Shown here piece after piece: positions 16,977-26,364 of a DNA stretch of 64,000 nt. How positions within the stretch are numbered: the first letter of the stretch is position 1; every line of letters begins with the position of its first letter. The stretch lies in IMG/VR virus record IMGVR_UViG_3300033069_001603, positions 1,003-65,002 of that record; one strand, written 5' to 3'. Position numbers and translations under genes: made by a program. The notes beneath the pieces were generated by a model. It saw only the letters and a list, made by a program, of their open reading frames with translations. It had not been told where the DNA came from and made no database searches. This stretch comes from a virus. Its lineage: Duplodnaviria; Caudoviricetes.

Positions 16977-18563
16977 ATGTCAAATTTTGATAAATACTAC
17001 ATGCAAGCAAATAACCTATACAAGTATATAAGAGATCGACTCTTCGGTGAGGAAGAAGTTGCCCCACTCGATAACGATTTAGTACCTTATAACTATCTAC
17101 CTTCGTCGATAGGTGTCCCTAAATCCATTGCATTCATAGGCGACAGTAAAACTACAGGTACAAATCAATATTTATTCTGGAATTTCTTTCCTTTTGCAAT
17201 GAGATCAAATGCCCCGGAATTAACAGTAGGCGTTGATCCAGTAAACGTAGATGGAAACGATGTCTGGGTTGCAAATTTAAAAATTTATGCAGACGGTACT
17301 GCATCTTGGAAAGCACCGGGTGACGATTATGGTCCTAGAACACCTGTCCCTGCTGCTACATCTGATTATAGACAATTAGTGTTTTTAGAATCTGCATCTC
17401 CAAATATGGGCATGGGTGTATATATTACTAAAGATGCAGTTCTACAAGCTGCTGTAGACGGTACAGAAGAAGAATTTTATATAGCAAGGGGAGAAATAGT
17501 TTACCCTGATAACTCTTTCGGTGTATGGGCACAAATATACACTGGATGGAAATTAAATATTAATGGATCTTATGGTATATCCGGACAAACTGCAGAAGAT
17601 ATACTTGCAAGAATCGATGATGTTTTTTATGTTGACTCTGAAGGTAAGCCGCTTGTAAATAAACCGGGGATAGTAGTTGTAAACGCGGGTATAAACGGCT
17701 GTGTAAGTTTAGAAACGTTAACTACTATAAGAGATAAAGTTTTAGCACACGGTGCCAATGTTATATTTTGTACACTAGATCAAGAAGCACCAGATGCTGG
17801 TGATTTCACATTTATGCAAAATGTTAATAGACACATACATACTATTTGCGATGGCAATCCAATGTGCCATATTGCTAATTTCTTTGCTACTAATAGAGAC
17901 GGTAATCGTAACGATGGTTATGCATTATCTGGTAGGATGGACGGTCCGCATCACACTATGCGAGGTGGGCAAGAAGCAGGTAAATGCCTTGCAAACACAA
18001 TAAAAGAGATTATAGGTCAAACTAACGGAACTTCTAGATTTTTATTTGCAGGCGATACATCTAATCGCTGGCCGGAAGGCATGGTTCAAGGCACATCCGG
18101 CAAACCTACCGGTCTTACAGGCGATGTTTCGTTTAATTGGTCTTATGGTGGAGACGGTACTTGTGTTGCCTCAATCGAAACAGATGTAAATGGCTGCCCT
18201 TGGCAAGTTTTCACAGTAACCGATGCTTCGTTATACGACAGTTTAAGCTTCCAAATGCCTGTAACTGCTAGTGCAGGAGAACTTGTAAACTACGATATAG
18301 AAGTGGATATTTCAGGTAACAGTGTAATATCATTTGCACCAGTTTTGCAAATCACAAACAATACATTACCTGTATGGTCTCCAACTAGTGGTTTATTCTT
18401 AACTCAGACAAGTGTTGCATACGCACCTTTCTCAGGCATAATAAGATCTCCTGTTTTTGCAATACCTTCCTGGATAGAAGAAGCCACTATTGCAATGCAA
18501 ATAGTATTCGCCGCCGGCGATACTGTTTTTAAATTCCGCTATGGCGGCGTAAGTGCAATTTAA
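16977..18563 (+). CDS. SGNH/GDSL hydrolase-domain protein, possibly virion-associated
   Basis: FIGDSKT (block I), NAGING (block III), DGPH (block V); beta-rich C-terminal domain. Confidence 0.7.
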   Translation: MSNFDKYYMQANNLYKYIRDRLFGEEEVAPLDNDLVPYNYLPSSIGVPKSIAFIGDSKTTGTNQYLFWNFFPFAMRSNAPELTVGVDPVNVDGNDVWVANLKIYADGTASWKAPGDDYGPRTPVPAATSDYRQLVFLESASPNMGMGVYITKDAVLQAAVDGTEEEFYIARGEIVYPDNSFGVWAQIYTGWKLNINGSYGISGQTAEDILARIDDVFYVDSEGKPLVNKPGIVVVNAGINGCVSLETLTTIRDKVLAHGANVIFCTLDQEAPDAGDFTFMQNVNRHIHTICDGNPMCHIANFFATNRDGNRNDGYALSGRMDGPHHTMRGGQEAGKCLANTIKEIIGQTNGTSRFLFAGDTSNRWPEGMVQGTSGKPTGLTGDVSFNWSYGGDGTCVASIETDVNGCPWQVFTVTDASLYDSLSFQMPVTASAGELVNYDIEVDISGNSVISFAPVLQITNNTLPVWSPTSGLFLTQTSVAYAPFSGIIRSPVFAIPSWIEEATIAMQIVFAAGDTVFKFRYGGVSAI

Positions 18564-18577
18564 AGGGATATAACGAC

Positions 18578-18817
18578 ATGACAGCTTCTACATATACAAA
18601 TCCAAACGACCCTTACGATCCTAATGGTATATCACATTATGTTGATTATGCAGATCGACATAATGTTAAATTATTATATGCTGCATGGCTAGAAACGTGG
18701 CGAGATGCTTACCGCAATAATACAACATACCCTGCACCGTTCGAGTATAGTGATCTATACGGCGGATATGTAGTATACGACGGATCTTATAGTTATGACG
18801 GTTCTCAAACTTATTAA
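18578..18817 (+). CDS. Small protein with YDGS repeats
   Basis: VYDGSYSYDGSQTY C-terminus as seen in phage tail-associated proteins. Confidence 0.55.
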   Translation: MTASTYTNPNDPYDPNGISHYVDYADRHNVKLLYAAWLETWRDAYRNNTTYPAPFEYSDLYGGYVVYDGSYSYDGSQTY

Positions 18818-18979
18818 GTTTTAGGCTTATTATCTTTTTCTTTTATATATTTGTGTTTTTGACAAACCATAATCGGGTAACCGTTAGGTAAACGATGCAT
18901 GCCGTATGTATCTAGAAAATGATCAGCTTTACAGCCGTCGCATTGATTTAATTCTTCTTTTTTATCATCCATGTGTTAT

Positions 18980-19198
18980 TTATCTCTTTGCTAGTTTTGC
19001 AATATAATCTAGGGAAATTGTAAGTTTGTTCCAAAGTATTTCAACCAACAAAACTAATAATATAATCGGTGCAGTTACCGGCCATAACATAACATACAAA
19101 TTTCTTATACCAGGTATAATTCTATCCCATTGTCCGATTCGTGACAAAACCATAACATTTGCGATTAAACCTGCAATATAAATTCCTACTAGTATCAT
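18980..19198 (-). CDS. Small membrane protein
   Basis: Two hydrophobic segments, LWP motif. Confidence 0.55.
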   Translation of the reverse strand: MILVGIYIAGLIANVMVLSRIGQWDRIIPGIRNLYVMLWPVTAPIILLVLLVEILWNKLTISLDYIAKLAKR

Positions 19199-19200
19199 AT

Positions 19201-19908
19201 TTATTCCTTTGGACGTTTCTTAAACGACCATTTATCAAAGCCTTTAGAATCTCGTATAAGTGGTTCATCTGGGAAATCTTTACGGCATAATGTTTCTTTT
19301 TCTCCGCGCCCAAGAACACCACCTATATACATTGACAATTCTTGATATGCTTGGTAAGGGTCATATACTTTCTGAAAACCGTAATCTTTCAAAGACGGAT
19401 TGATAATTATATGTGGTTTACGATCAAAGGCAACAATTGCAAAACATGGGGTTTTTAAATTTCTAAAAATTTCCGAATTTGCAGTAGTGTGTTCTTTAAA
19501 ATTGTTAAATGATTTCTCTATGCTTTCGTAAGTATTAGTAGATCTACGAGAAAATCTATGACGCGGTGCTGTTTTATTTAAAGCTTCGTTAATTTCTTTA
19601 TCGTTTAGTTTTTCGGTATATCGTCTAAAATCTTCTATGCTGTAACATATTTCCTGTTTGGACTTTGGTTGGTATATACTATAACTTTTATTAACTTTAA
19701 AACCTAGATGTACTTTACCGCAAAAACCAATTACAAACCATTCTGTTTCAAGTTGATTGCCGTAATCCATTCCAACATATATTTCGAATTTAGTTGCACT
19801 TTTAAACGGTGCAAGTTCAGACGTTGACCGCACATACATTAAATCGTCATCGTAACCCTGTGATAGAGCAATATCATAATAATCGTGAAATTTAGATATA
19901 ATTCTCAT
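19201..19908 (-). CDS. Hypothetical protein
   Basis: 235 aa ORF, MRIISKFHDYYD start. Confidence 0.7.
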   Translation of the reverse strand: MRIISKFHDYYDIALSQGYDDDLMYVRSTSELAPFKSATKFEIYVGMDYGNQLETEWFVIGFCGKVHLGFKVNKSYSIYQPKSKQEICYSIEDFRRYTEKLNDKEINEALNKTAPRHRFSRRSTNTYESIEKSFNNFKEHTTANSEIFRNLKTPCFAIVAFDRKPHIIINPSLKDYGFQKVYDPYQAYQELSMYIGGVLGRGEKETLCRKDFPDEPLIRDSKGFDKWSFKKRPKE

Positions 19909-19909
19909 T

Positions 19910-20092
19910 TTACCACCTTGGGCAATCCTTTGTTACTTTATAGCACACATATATATCAATCAGTAAAGTAATAGGCCATATTAAACTTAGAAAAACAGAA
20001 GACCACAGTTTAAATTTCTTTTGGTGGGCTGCACAAATATATCCGTCTATTGCCACATTCAACAATGCAACTATAAGGTATTGGAATATCAT
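19910..20092 (-). CDS. Small membrane protein
   Basis: Hydrophobic, LIWPI motif like ORF 18980. Confidence 0.55.
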   Translation of the reverse strand: MIFQYLIVALLNVAIDGYICAAHQKKFKLWSSVFLSLIWPITLLIDIYVCYKVTKDCPRW

Positions 20093-20221
20093 ATGTTTTT
20101 CCTCTATTGTCGCAGTATATATTAAATTTTGAATTTGTCAACATATTTTATAAGCGGCAAAAATATACAGACCAATATAATATTTGATAAATACAATATA
20201 ATAATTTTTAAGGTATAATAG

Positions 20222-20620
20222 ATGCCATTGTTAGTTACAAATGAAAGCGAAGGGACAATGCTTTCTAATATTTTAAATAAAAACCAACCCGAAGACCTAG
20301 ACATACGTTTATTCACAAATAACCACACTCCAACAGTAGACGACACTGTAGTTGATTTTACTGAAGCAACAGGTGGCGGGTATGTATTAAAGGGGTTAAC
20401 AGGTTCAAACTGGACTATAGTCGACGGTAACCCGACCGTAGCCACACATACACAAGTTGTGTGGGCATTTACTGGCGCAGTTGGTAACGTATATGGTTAT
20501 TATGTAACTAGAAGAATTTCCGGTACATTGGCTTGGAGCGAGTTATTCAATAACGGCCCATACAACATACAAAACAACGGTGACGAGATCAAAATAACAC
20601 CGAGACTATCATTGGATTAA
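20222..20620 (+). CDS. Putative virion structural/tail-associated protein
   Basis: IRLFTNNHTP...DFTEATGGGY, T/G/V-rich composition. Confidence 0.6.
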   Translation: MPLLVTNESEGTMLSNILNKNQPEDLDIRLFTNNHTPTVDDTVVDFTEATGGGYVLKGLTGSNWTIVDGNPTVATHTQVVWAFTGAVGNVYGYYVTRRISGTLAWSELFNNGPYNIQNNGDEIKITPRLSLD

Positions 20621-20625
20621 CATTG

Positions 20626-21111
20626 ATGCCTAAATCATTTACAGATTACTACACGGAAAATTCTAAAAAAACAGTGGAAGCCGAACCAGCCGAAATTATA
20701 TTAGAACAAACTGTAACGGCACAGGATTTGCAAATAGAATTGCCAGTATTGCAAACAGAGTCTGCCACAGTGCAAATACCAAACGATATTCTCTAAGAGA
20801 ATATCGAACACAAAATAAGAAAAGAATTAACAGAAGAATTCAAAGAAAACTTAAACAATTTTAAACAACAAATAACAAATGATTTTTTACTTGAAGTTGT
20901 TAATTCTGTTAGTCTAAATAATAACAATTTAATAAAAGTAATACAGTCTTTAACTAATAAAGTAGAAAGACTTCAAGAAAGTTTAAACATTGACATACCT
21001 GCACCCATAGTAAACGTGACAATGCCAAGTAGAAAGATTACTAGAAAAGTACATCGGGACAGCAAAGATAGAATTACCGAAATAACTGAACACGAAGAGG
21101 ACGACGAATAA
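20626..21111 (+). pseudogene. Coiled-coil gene with one in-frame TAA
   Basis: 161-codon frame from ATG 20626, internal TAA at 20794-20796, TAATG coupling to next gene. Confidence 0.7.
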
Positions 21112-21512
21112 TGTCTTCTAACACCCAAGTTTCTACATCTTGTGTAAATTTACAAGCAGATTTAATTTCTAGTCGTTTAGTGTCTGGATACTTAGATATG
21201 TACGACGGTTCGCAACCTGCTACTGCCGACACTGCGATAACAACACAACAATTAATTGCAACATTGAGATTTTCCGGTTCGACTCCTCCGTCTGCAACAA
21301 ACGGCACAGTAATTTTGGATTTAATTCCCGACATTGCGTTACAAGATGGCACTGTTACATGGTACAGATGTTACGAAAGCAACCATACAAGTGTAGTAAT
21401 GGATGGAAATATAGGTACAGTCGATGAGAATATGGTATTGTCTATGACTACTGTACTCTCCGGCCAATTATTTAATATAAGTAATTTTCAACATATAGTA
21501 AGGAAACAATAA
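21111..21512 (+). CDS. Putative virion structural protein
   Basis: YDGSQPATADTA...GTVTWYR...DGNIGT. Confidence 0.6.
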   Translation: MSSNTQVSTSCVNLQADLISSRLVSGYLDMYDGSQPATADTAITTQQLIATLRFSGSTPPSATNGTVILDLIPDIALQDGTVTWYRCYESNHTSVVMDGNIGTVDENMVLSMTTVLSGQLFNISNFQHIVRKQ

Positions 21513-21985
21513 TGTCAGACGGATTTGTAAGAGTACCGCAAGATTCGAACGGTAAGCGAATAGACACTTCGGAAATCACTGTCGGCTCCAATACAGTAGA
21601 AAGGCAAAGAATTATATTTGCAGACCCGTCTAACCCGAGCGGTTTAACGGCGGTTTTAAATGCAAGTCCAGCAGTTGATGATTTCGGTGTAGTAACTAGG
21701 CAAATACCCACAATTGCACCTGTATCCGATGTTACTTCGGTTGCTGCATCGATATCAAGTGTTACTTTATTAAGTGCAAACGATAATAGAAAAGGTGCAT
21801 CTTTTTATAACGATTCGTCTTCTTTTCTATATTTAAAAATGGGTACAAGTGCGTCGAATTCAAGCTTTACGATCAAAATGGGGGCAAATTCGTATTACGA
21901 AATGCCATTGCCTGTATACACAGGTATAATAACAGGTGCATGGGTTAGCAATGTAGGGTCTGTTAGTGTAACGGAGCTTACTTAA
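21512..21985 (+). CDS. Putative virion structural protein
   Basis: TAATG-coupled; beta-rich C-terminal NDNRKGASFYNDS domain. Confidence 0.55.
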   Translation: MSDGFVRVPQDSNGKRIDTSEITVGSNTVERQRIIFADPSNPSGLTAVLNASPAVDDFGVVTRQIPTIAPVSDVTSVAASISSVTLLSANDNRKGASFYNDSSSFLYLKMGTSASNSSFTIKMGANSYYEMPLPVYTGIITGAWVSNVGSVSVTELT

Positions 21986-22176
21986 TGCCGTATTTTGAAG
22001 CCAGTAGTCCGCTGTATAACGGTAATCCGTCATCGCCATCTACTCCTACAGCTTCGGGTACAAATTCAGTTGCAATTGGTAGCGGATCGCATGCAGTAGC
22101 AGATAATTCGTTTGCATTTGGCGATCAATCGATATCCAGGCAAGGTATCTTTCTACTTTTTGTAGTTGTGAGATAA
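21985..22176 (+). pseudogene. Truncated YadA/Hep_Hag-repeat adhesin or fibre gene
   Basis: ASGTNSVAIGSGSHAVADNSFAFGDQS repeats then abrupt end. Confidence 0.6.
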
Positions 22177-22304
22177 CCAGATGATAATATATCGTTTTTA
22201 ACAAATTGGGTATTATTTTTCGGTCTAAAAATAGAAATACCTGAATACCCGTATCCCTCAACATAAAGACCGTACTTGTCTTCTTTTATTTGTTCCGTTG
22301 GCAT
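22125..22304 (-). CDS. Hypothetical protein, possibly truncated (59 aa, not in track)
   Basis: Manual translation MPTEQIKEDKYGLYVEG...; overlaps adhesin fragment convergently. Confidence 0.45.
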   Translation of the reverse strand: MPTEQIKEDKYGLYVEGYGYSGISIFRPKNNTQFVKNDILSSGYLTTTKSRKIPCLDID

Positions 22305-22305
22305 A

Positions 22306-22686
22306 TTAAATTATGTTTGAAATCGAAGAAATGTTAAAAATATATTTCATATAAGTTACGTCAAATCTCTCATAACCGGAGTATTTTAGTTTAAGTAACA
22401 TCTTAGCAGCTTTAGTAGTTGGCATATCTTCGATTTTATATTTAATACCGTCTACGTAGAAATTAGCATAAAAAAGATCGGATTCTAAATCAGTTACTGT
22501 CCATGAAGGACCATCTATTTTATGGGGTATAAAAACGCCTTCTTTATAATACCCGCATACTTTATTTAATTCGCCGTTCTGACCGTATTCGAGTAAACCT
22601 TCGCTAATTTTTAAATTTTGTTTTTCACTAAGATATTCGGTATGCAATTTGCCGTTTATATGCCTTTCAACTACAACAGTTTTCAT
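22306..22686 (-). CDS. Hypothetical protein with C-terminal MLLKLKY motif
   Basis: HKIDGPS...FYVDGIKY...AKMLLKLKYSG. Confidence 0.65.
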   Translation of the reverse strand: MKTVVVERHINGKLHTEYLSEKQNLKISEGLLEYGQNGELNKVCGYYKEGVFIPHKIDGPSWTVTDLESDLFYANFYVDGIKYKIEDMPTTKAAKMLLKLKYSGYERFDVTYMKYIFNISSISNII

Positions 22687-22815
22687 ATTTATCCTATTGA
22701 TATAATTGAACCGTATTGTTATACCTACGGTTCCAGAGGTATTACGCCTGCATTTACAATCGTTTTAGAGGGCGTCCACTTAACGATAGGTCACATTTAT
22801 ACTCCGTGGTAGAGT

Positions 22816-23058
22816 TTATCTTTTCATTATTTCTTCGCTAATTAATCTAATTTTTTCTTCGATGCAATTTAGAAATGGCATGCCGTAATTTTTCAATTCC
22901 TCTTCTGAATAATTTTTAATACAGTTAATATAGCTTGTTTTTTCGTACTCGGCAAGTTGCAAAATATGTTCTAATTTACCAACGGTGAGATCCACTAAGA
23001 TATACTTAGAATTATTAATTCTTACTTCGGTTCCTTCACAGTTCTTTTTAATCTTCAC
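22816..23058 (-). CDS. Hypothetical protein
   Basis: ORF in minus-strand operon. Confidence 0.55.
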   Translation of the reverse strand: MKIKKNCEGTEVRINNSKYILVDLTVGKLEHILQLAEYEKTSYINCIKNYSEEELKNYGMPFLNCIEEKIRLISEEIMKR

Positions 23059-23458
23059 AATTTAACTTTGCAAAGGCACTATAACATTTAGTCTTGTTGT
23101 GTGAATTTATTATGTTATAGTGATTTTTAATTAGTTTATCTATTTCCGCGGAAAGTATACATCCTTCGGCATAATTAAATTCAAAAAGGTTTGTCCAGTC
23201 AGCTGTGTCTACATCTTTATTTTTAATTTTTTCTTCTATTGCGCCGTGGAAAGTCTGGCAATAAACGTAATGAAATTCCGCAGAATACAAGATTTTGGTT
23301 TTCGAATCGAATAGTATATGTTTTGAAAAAACAGAAAATTCTTCTGGCTTATTTTTTAATCGTAAATACAAGTTGATTACTTCTGGTCTAATTTTCCCGT
23401 CGAGACCATTGAGATTATATAAGAAAATTTTAATACGGTCTTTTATAGTTAGCTTCAT
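23048..23458 (-). CDS. Hypothetical protein
   Basis: ORF in minus-strand operon. Confidence 0.6.
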   Translation of the reverse strand: MKLTIKDRIKIFLYNLNGLDGKIRPEVINLYLRLKNKPEEFSVFSKHILFDSKTKILYSAEFHYVYCQTFHGAIEEKIKNKDVDTADWTNLFEFNYAEGCILSAEIDKLIKNHYNIINSHNKTKCYSAFAKLNCED

Positions 23459-23459
23459 A

Positions 23460-23660
23460 TTAGTCGCCTAAATCATCGATTATACTATGAGGTATAAGTA
23501 GGGAATCCTGGTATATACACACCCATTCGCCTTTTGCAATTCTTTTAAATACGTACTTTTCGCCGTACCAAAATCTTGTTTTTAATTCCCCAATTAACAT
23601 TTTTATTTTCCAAAAATAAAATCTAGCAATATTAGAAAAAATACAATTGTCCCTAAACAT
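23460..23660 (-). CDS. Hypothetical protein (start uncertain)
   Basis: ORF in operon. Confidence 0.4.
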   Translation of the reverse strand: MFRDNCIFSNIARFYFWKIKMLIGELKTRFWYGEKYVFKRIAKGEWVCIYQDSLLIPHSIIDDLGD

Positions 23661-23806
23661 ATAACGATTGGCGCAATAATAACAATATAAATTAAACGAT
23701 ATATTGTAAGTAAACCAGTATCGGAAATGTTAAAGAACTTCCCTATTTTAAAATATAAAACAACAGCAGATATTAAACCAAATAGAAAATTCAAAGGAAG
23801 TATCAT
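23603..23806 (-). CDS. Small membrane protein
   Basis: Two TM segments, ATGA overlap with upstream gene. Confidence 0.55.
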   Translation of the reverse strand: MILPLNFLFGLISAVVLYFKIGKFFNISDTGLLTIYRLIYIVIIAPIVICLGTIVFFLILLDFIFGK

Positions 23807-24378
23807 AACTTAAATCCGTAAGGTTCTAATTTTCGATTAATGTCGTTTATTTTTTCTTTTGGTACATTAAAGCCTTCTATGTTTGCATCTTGAAATTTTT
23901 CTAGTATTGCAACAATATCGCTTACATCGTTTGCCCTACCTGACATAACCTTCAATGTTAGTAACCCATTAACAGATGGCATTCTAATACCGTCGTTTAC
24001 TACGGATTTTGCAAAAACTTCATCGTATACATTTTTAGGTAAATTAATATGAGTTGGAGTAATTGCTTCCACTTCAACATGAGTCTTATTATGTTGATAA
24101 GAGTGATCTATATTTCTTTTAAATCCTTCTACTGCACTTGGCAAATCGCCTTCGGAAGGAAACAAAATATCAATATCCATAGTCATTCTGGGCTTAATGT
24201 ATGCACTCACTACTAATCCACCAATAACCATCCATTTTCCACTTGGTATATTATTACACCAATCTTTAAATGCAAGATTTACTTCAGGCACAACGACAGA
24301 TTCAATTAACAATCTAGGTCTATCGTTAACCCATTTATCCATTAAATCTGCATTTCTAATTACGTCGGCGACTTGCAT
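23803..24378 (-). CDS. Pol-beta-superfamily nucleotidyltransferase
   Basis: VIGGLVVSAY..PRMTMDIDIL and LKVMSGRANDVSDI motifs. Confidence 0.75.
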   Translation of the reverse strand: MQVADVIRNADLMDKWVNDRPRLLIESVVVPEVNLAFKDWCNNIPSGKWMVIGGLVVSAYIKPRMTMDIDILFPSEGDLPSAVEGFKRNIDHSYQHNKTHVEVEAITPTHINLPKNVYDEVFAKSVVNDGIRMPSVNGLLTLKVMSGRANDVSDIVAILEKFQDANIEGFNVPKEKINDINRKLEPYGFKL

Positions 24379-24560
24379 TATTTAGTCTCCTCGATGTATT
24401 TTCTTTTAGCTCTTCCTAACATTCTTTCCCAGGCAACTGTTCCAATTCTGGAAATGATATGCGACCTTAAGTTTTTAAATACGCGAGAAGTGCCTTGTCC
24501 TTTATGGGTTTTAATCTCATTTTTTAATTTCTCTATCATTTCGTCGTTCCAGGTCGTCAT
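24378..24560 (-). CDS. Small basic hypothetical protein
   Basis: 60 aa, TAATG-coupled to nucleotidyltransferase. Confidence 0.55.
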   Translation of the reverse strand: MTTWNDEMIEKLKNEIKTHKGQGTSRVFKNLRSHIISRIGTVAWERMLGRAKRKYIEETK

Positions 24561-24677
24561 TGTCTAGCTCCTTTAACAATTCGATTTGTTTAGATAATTT
24601 CTTAATTTCTTTAGGACAGTTATCTATACCTGACTTTAAATTGTCTAGTTTATTTTGGAAATATTCAATATCTGTTA

Positions 24678-24944
24678 TTACCATAGTCCCGTCTGCCTAT
24701 TTTGAATTGTTACTTTTAATTTACCCTTGTCTCTGATTGCTGCTAAGGCGCACATTTGTCTTTCTGGCGTTAACCCGGCTATTTCGGTAGTATAGTCAGC
24801 GTCTACTTTAATATCTAATACTTCTTCAAGTACATCTTTAATTAATTGAGTTATGGCTGTTTTACCTTCGCCTACCATACCTTCGATTATAATATTCATA
24901 TGACACCTAATTAGTTGTTGGGCTGAGACACAGTGACAGCACAC
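24678..24944 (-). CDS. Short P-loop-containing protein
   Basis: IIIEGMVGEGKT; likely start MNIIIEG. Confidence 0.5.
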   Translation of the reverse strand: MCCHCVSAQQLIRCHMNIIIEGMVGEGKTAITQLIKDVLEEVLDIKVDADYTTEIAGLTPERQMCALAAIRDKGKLKVTIQNRQTGLW

Positions 24945-25008
24945 TAATTTTGGAGAATACTACCCCAGCCCAACAAATACAGTATACAGAAAAATGCCAC
25001 TTTGTCAA

Positions 25009-25272
25009 CTATAAATTTTTAATAAAGTCATGTACATTCCCAACCATAACTTCTTTCTTATACATGAACTTTTTCTTAGTTGGCCAATAATCCAGTCTTT
25101 CACCTTTAACTGTTTTAGACCAATGGAATTTAGTATGTTTGGTCCAATCTAAGCTAACATATTTCTTTTTCTTATTTTTACGATAAGAATGGTCAGACGG
25201 AATATTACTACTCATCATCTTAGCATATTCGTCATATTGTTTGAAATATTCAGCTAGATCCTTCATCTTCAC
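25009..25272 (-). CDS. Hypothetical basic protein
   Basis: HTKFHWS...LDYWPTKKKF. Confidence 0.6.
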   Translation of the reverse strand: MKMKDLAEYFKQYDEYAKMMSSNIPSDHSYRKNKKKKYVSLDWTKHTKFHWSKTVKGERLDYWPTKKKFMYKKEVMVGNVHDFIKNL

Positions 25273-25420
25273 TCGTCAATTCTTTAATTTCAGTTTCTAA
25301 GTCTTTGATATATTGTTTTGCCATTGAAAGCGTACAAGCAGCGCAAAAACCTTCGTCTACTGTTGGGTTACAGTGGCAGAGATAACTTTCTTCTACGGTT
25401 ATATATTTCTTAGACATTTT

Positions 25421-25696
25421 CTAATCCTTGATGTATAACAAGTTAACATGTGCCCAGCTTAACCAGAAAAACTGTTCCGCTTCTTCTTGCGAATATGTTA
25501 CTTCTGTATCACTTGTAATATCGGTATCATAACATAATTCGTTCTCTTTGATAACAGCAAACTTATAAGAATGTGCAGCAGGTGCATTAATAGCAGACAA
25601 TTGATAGTTGTCGTTTAATTTAAATATAACCTGCTGACCACCTATTCTAGATGGGTTTATGCTTATTATATATTCTGACGGGATTTTGTTTAACAT
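25421..25696 (-). CDS. Hypothetical protein
   Basis: 91 aa ORF. Confidence 0.55.
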   Translation of the reverse strand: MLNKIPSEYIISINPSRIGGQQVIFKLNDNYQLSAINAPAAHSYKFAVIKENELCYDTDITSDTEVTYSQEEAEQFFWLSWAHVNLLYIKD

Positions 25697-26364
25697 ATTT
25701 TATTTAAAAATTTAGGTAATTCAACGGATGCACTTCCAAGTATAACTTCATCGAACTGCGCATTATTTGTTGGGTGTTCTATATTAATTAATACCGTGTG
25801 TGCGCCATAGTCTTTTGCAACTTTTACAAAATTTGCAGCAGGATATACATTACCCGATGTACCAACTGCTACAAAAATATCGCATGCTTCTATTAGTATT
25901 TGTATATTTTCTAGATACATCGGCATTTCGCCAAACCAAACAACATCAGGTCTTACATTGTTACTAGAACAACAAGGGCACACTGTAGTTTCTGTTATGT
26001 TATCTGCTATATCCCACGTTTCATTTGTATTTGCACATCTTGCCTTTAATAATTCACCGTGCATATGAATCACACTCGATCCTGCAGATTCGTGTAAGTT
26101 ATCGATATTTTGAGTTATTAAAGTTAGATTATTATTTTTTTGAAATTCCGAAATTGCAAAGTGTGCATTGTTTGGTTTTATATTTTTTAATTCTTCTCTT
26201 CTAGAATTATAAAAATTATTAACTAGAGATGGGTTTCTTAAGAAACCCCTTACTGTTGCAACATCTTCGATTTTATATTCTTCCCATAGGCCGTTAGAAT
26301 CCCGAAATGTTTTAATTCCCGATTCTGCAGATATGCCTGCACCTGTTAACATTACTATGTTCAT
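25690..26364 (-). CDS. cobB: Sir2/CobB NAD-dependent deacylase
   Basis: LTGAGISAESGIKTFR, ITQNID, HMHG, RPDVVWFGE, GTSGNVYPAA. Confidence 0.95.
   Translation of the reverse strand: MNIVMLTGAGISAESGIKTFRDSNGLWEEYKIEDVATVRGFLRNPSLVNNFYNSRREELKNIKPNNAHFAISEFQKNNNLTLITQNIDNLHESAGSSVIHMHGELLKARCANTNETWDIADNITETTVCPCCSSNNVRPDVVWFGEMPMYLENIQILIEACDIFVAVGTSGNVYPAANFVKVAKDYGAHTVLINIEHPTNNAQFDEVILGSASVELPKFLNKIC

Noticed and set aside
20794-20796. Programmed readthrough of the internal TAA
   Set aside because: TAA is the main stop in this genome and the module shows other damage; nonsense mutation or read error is simpler
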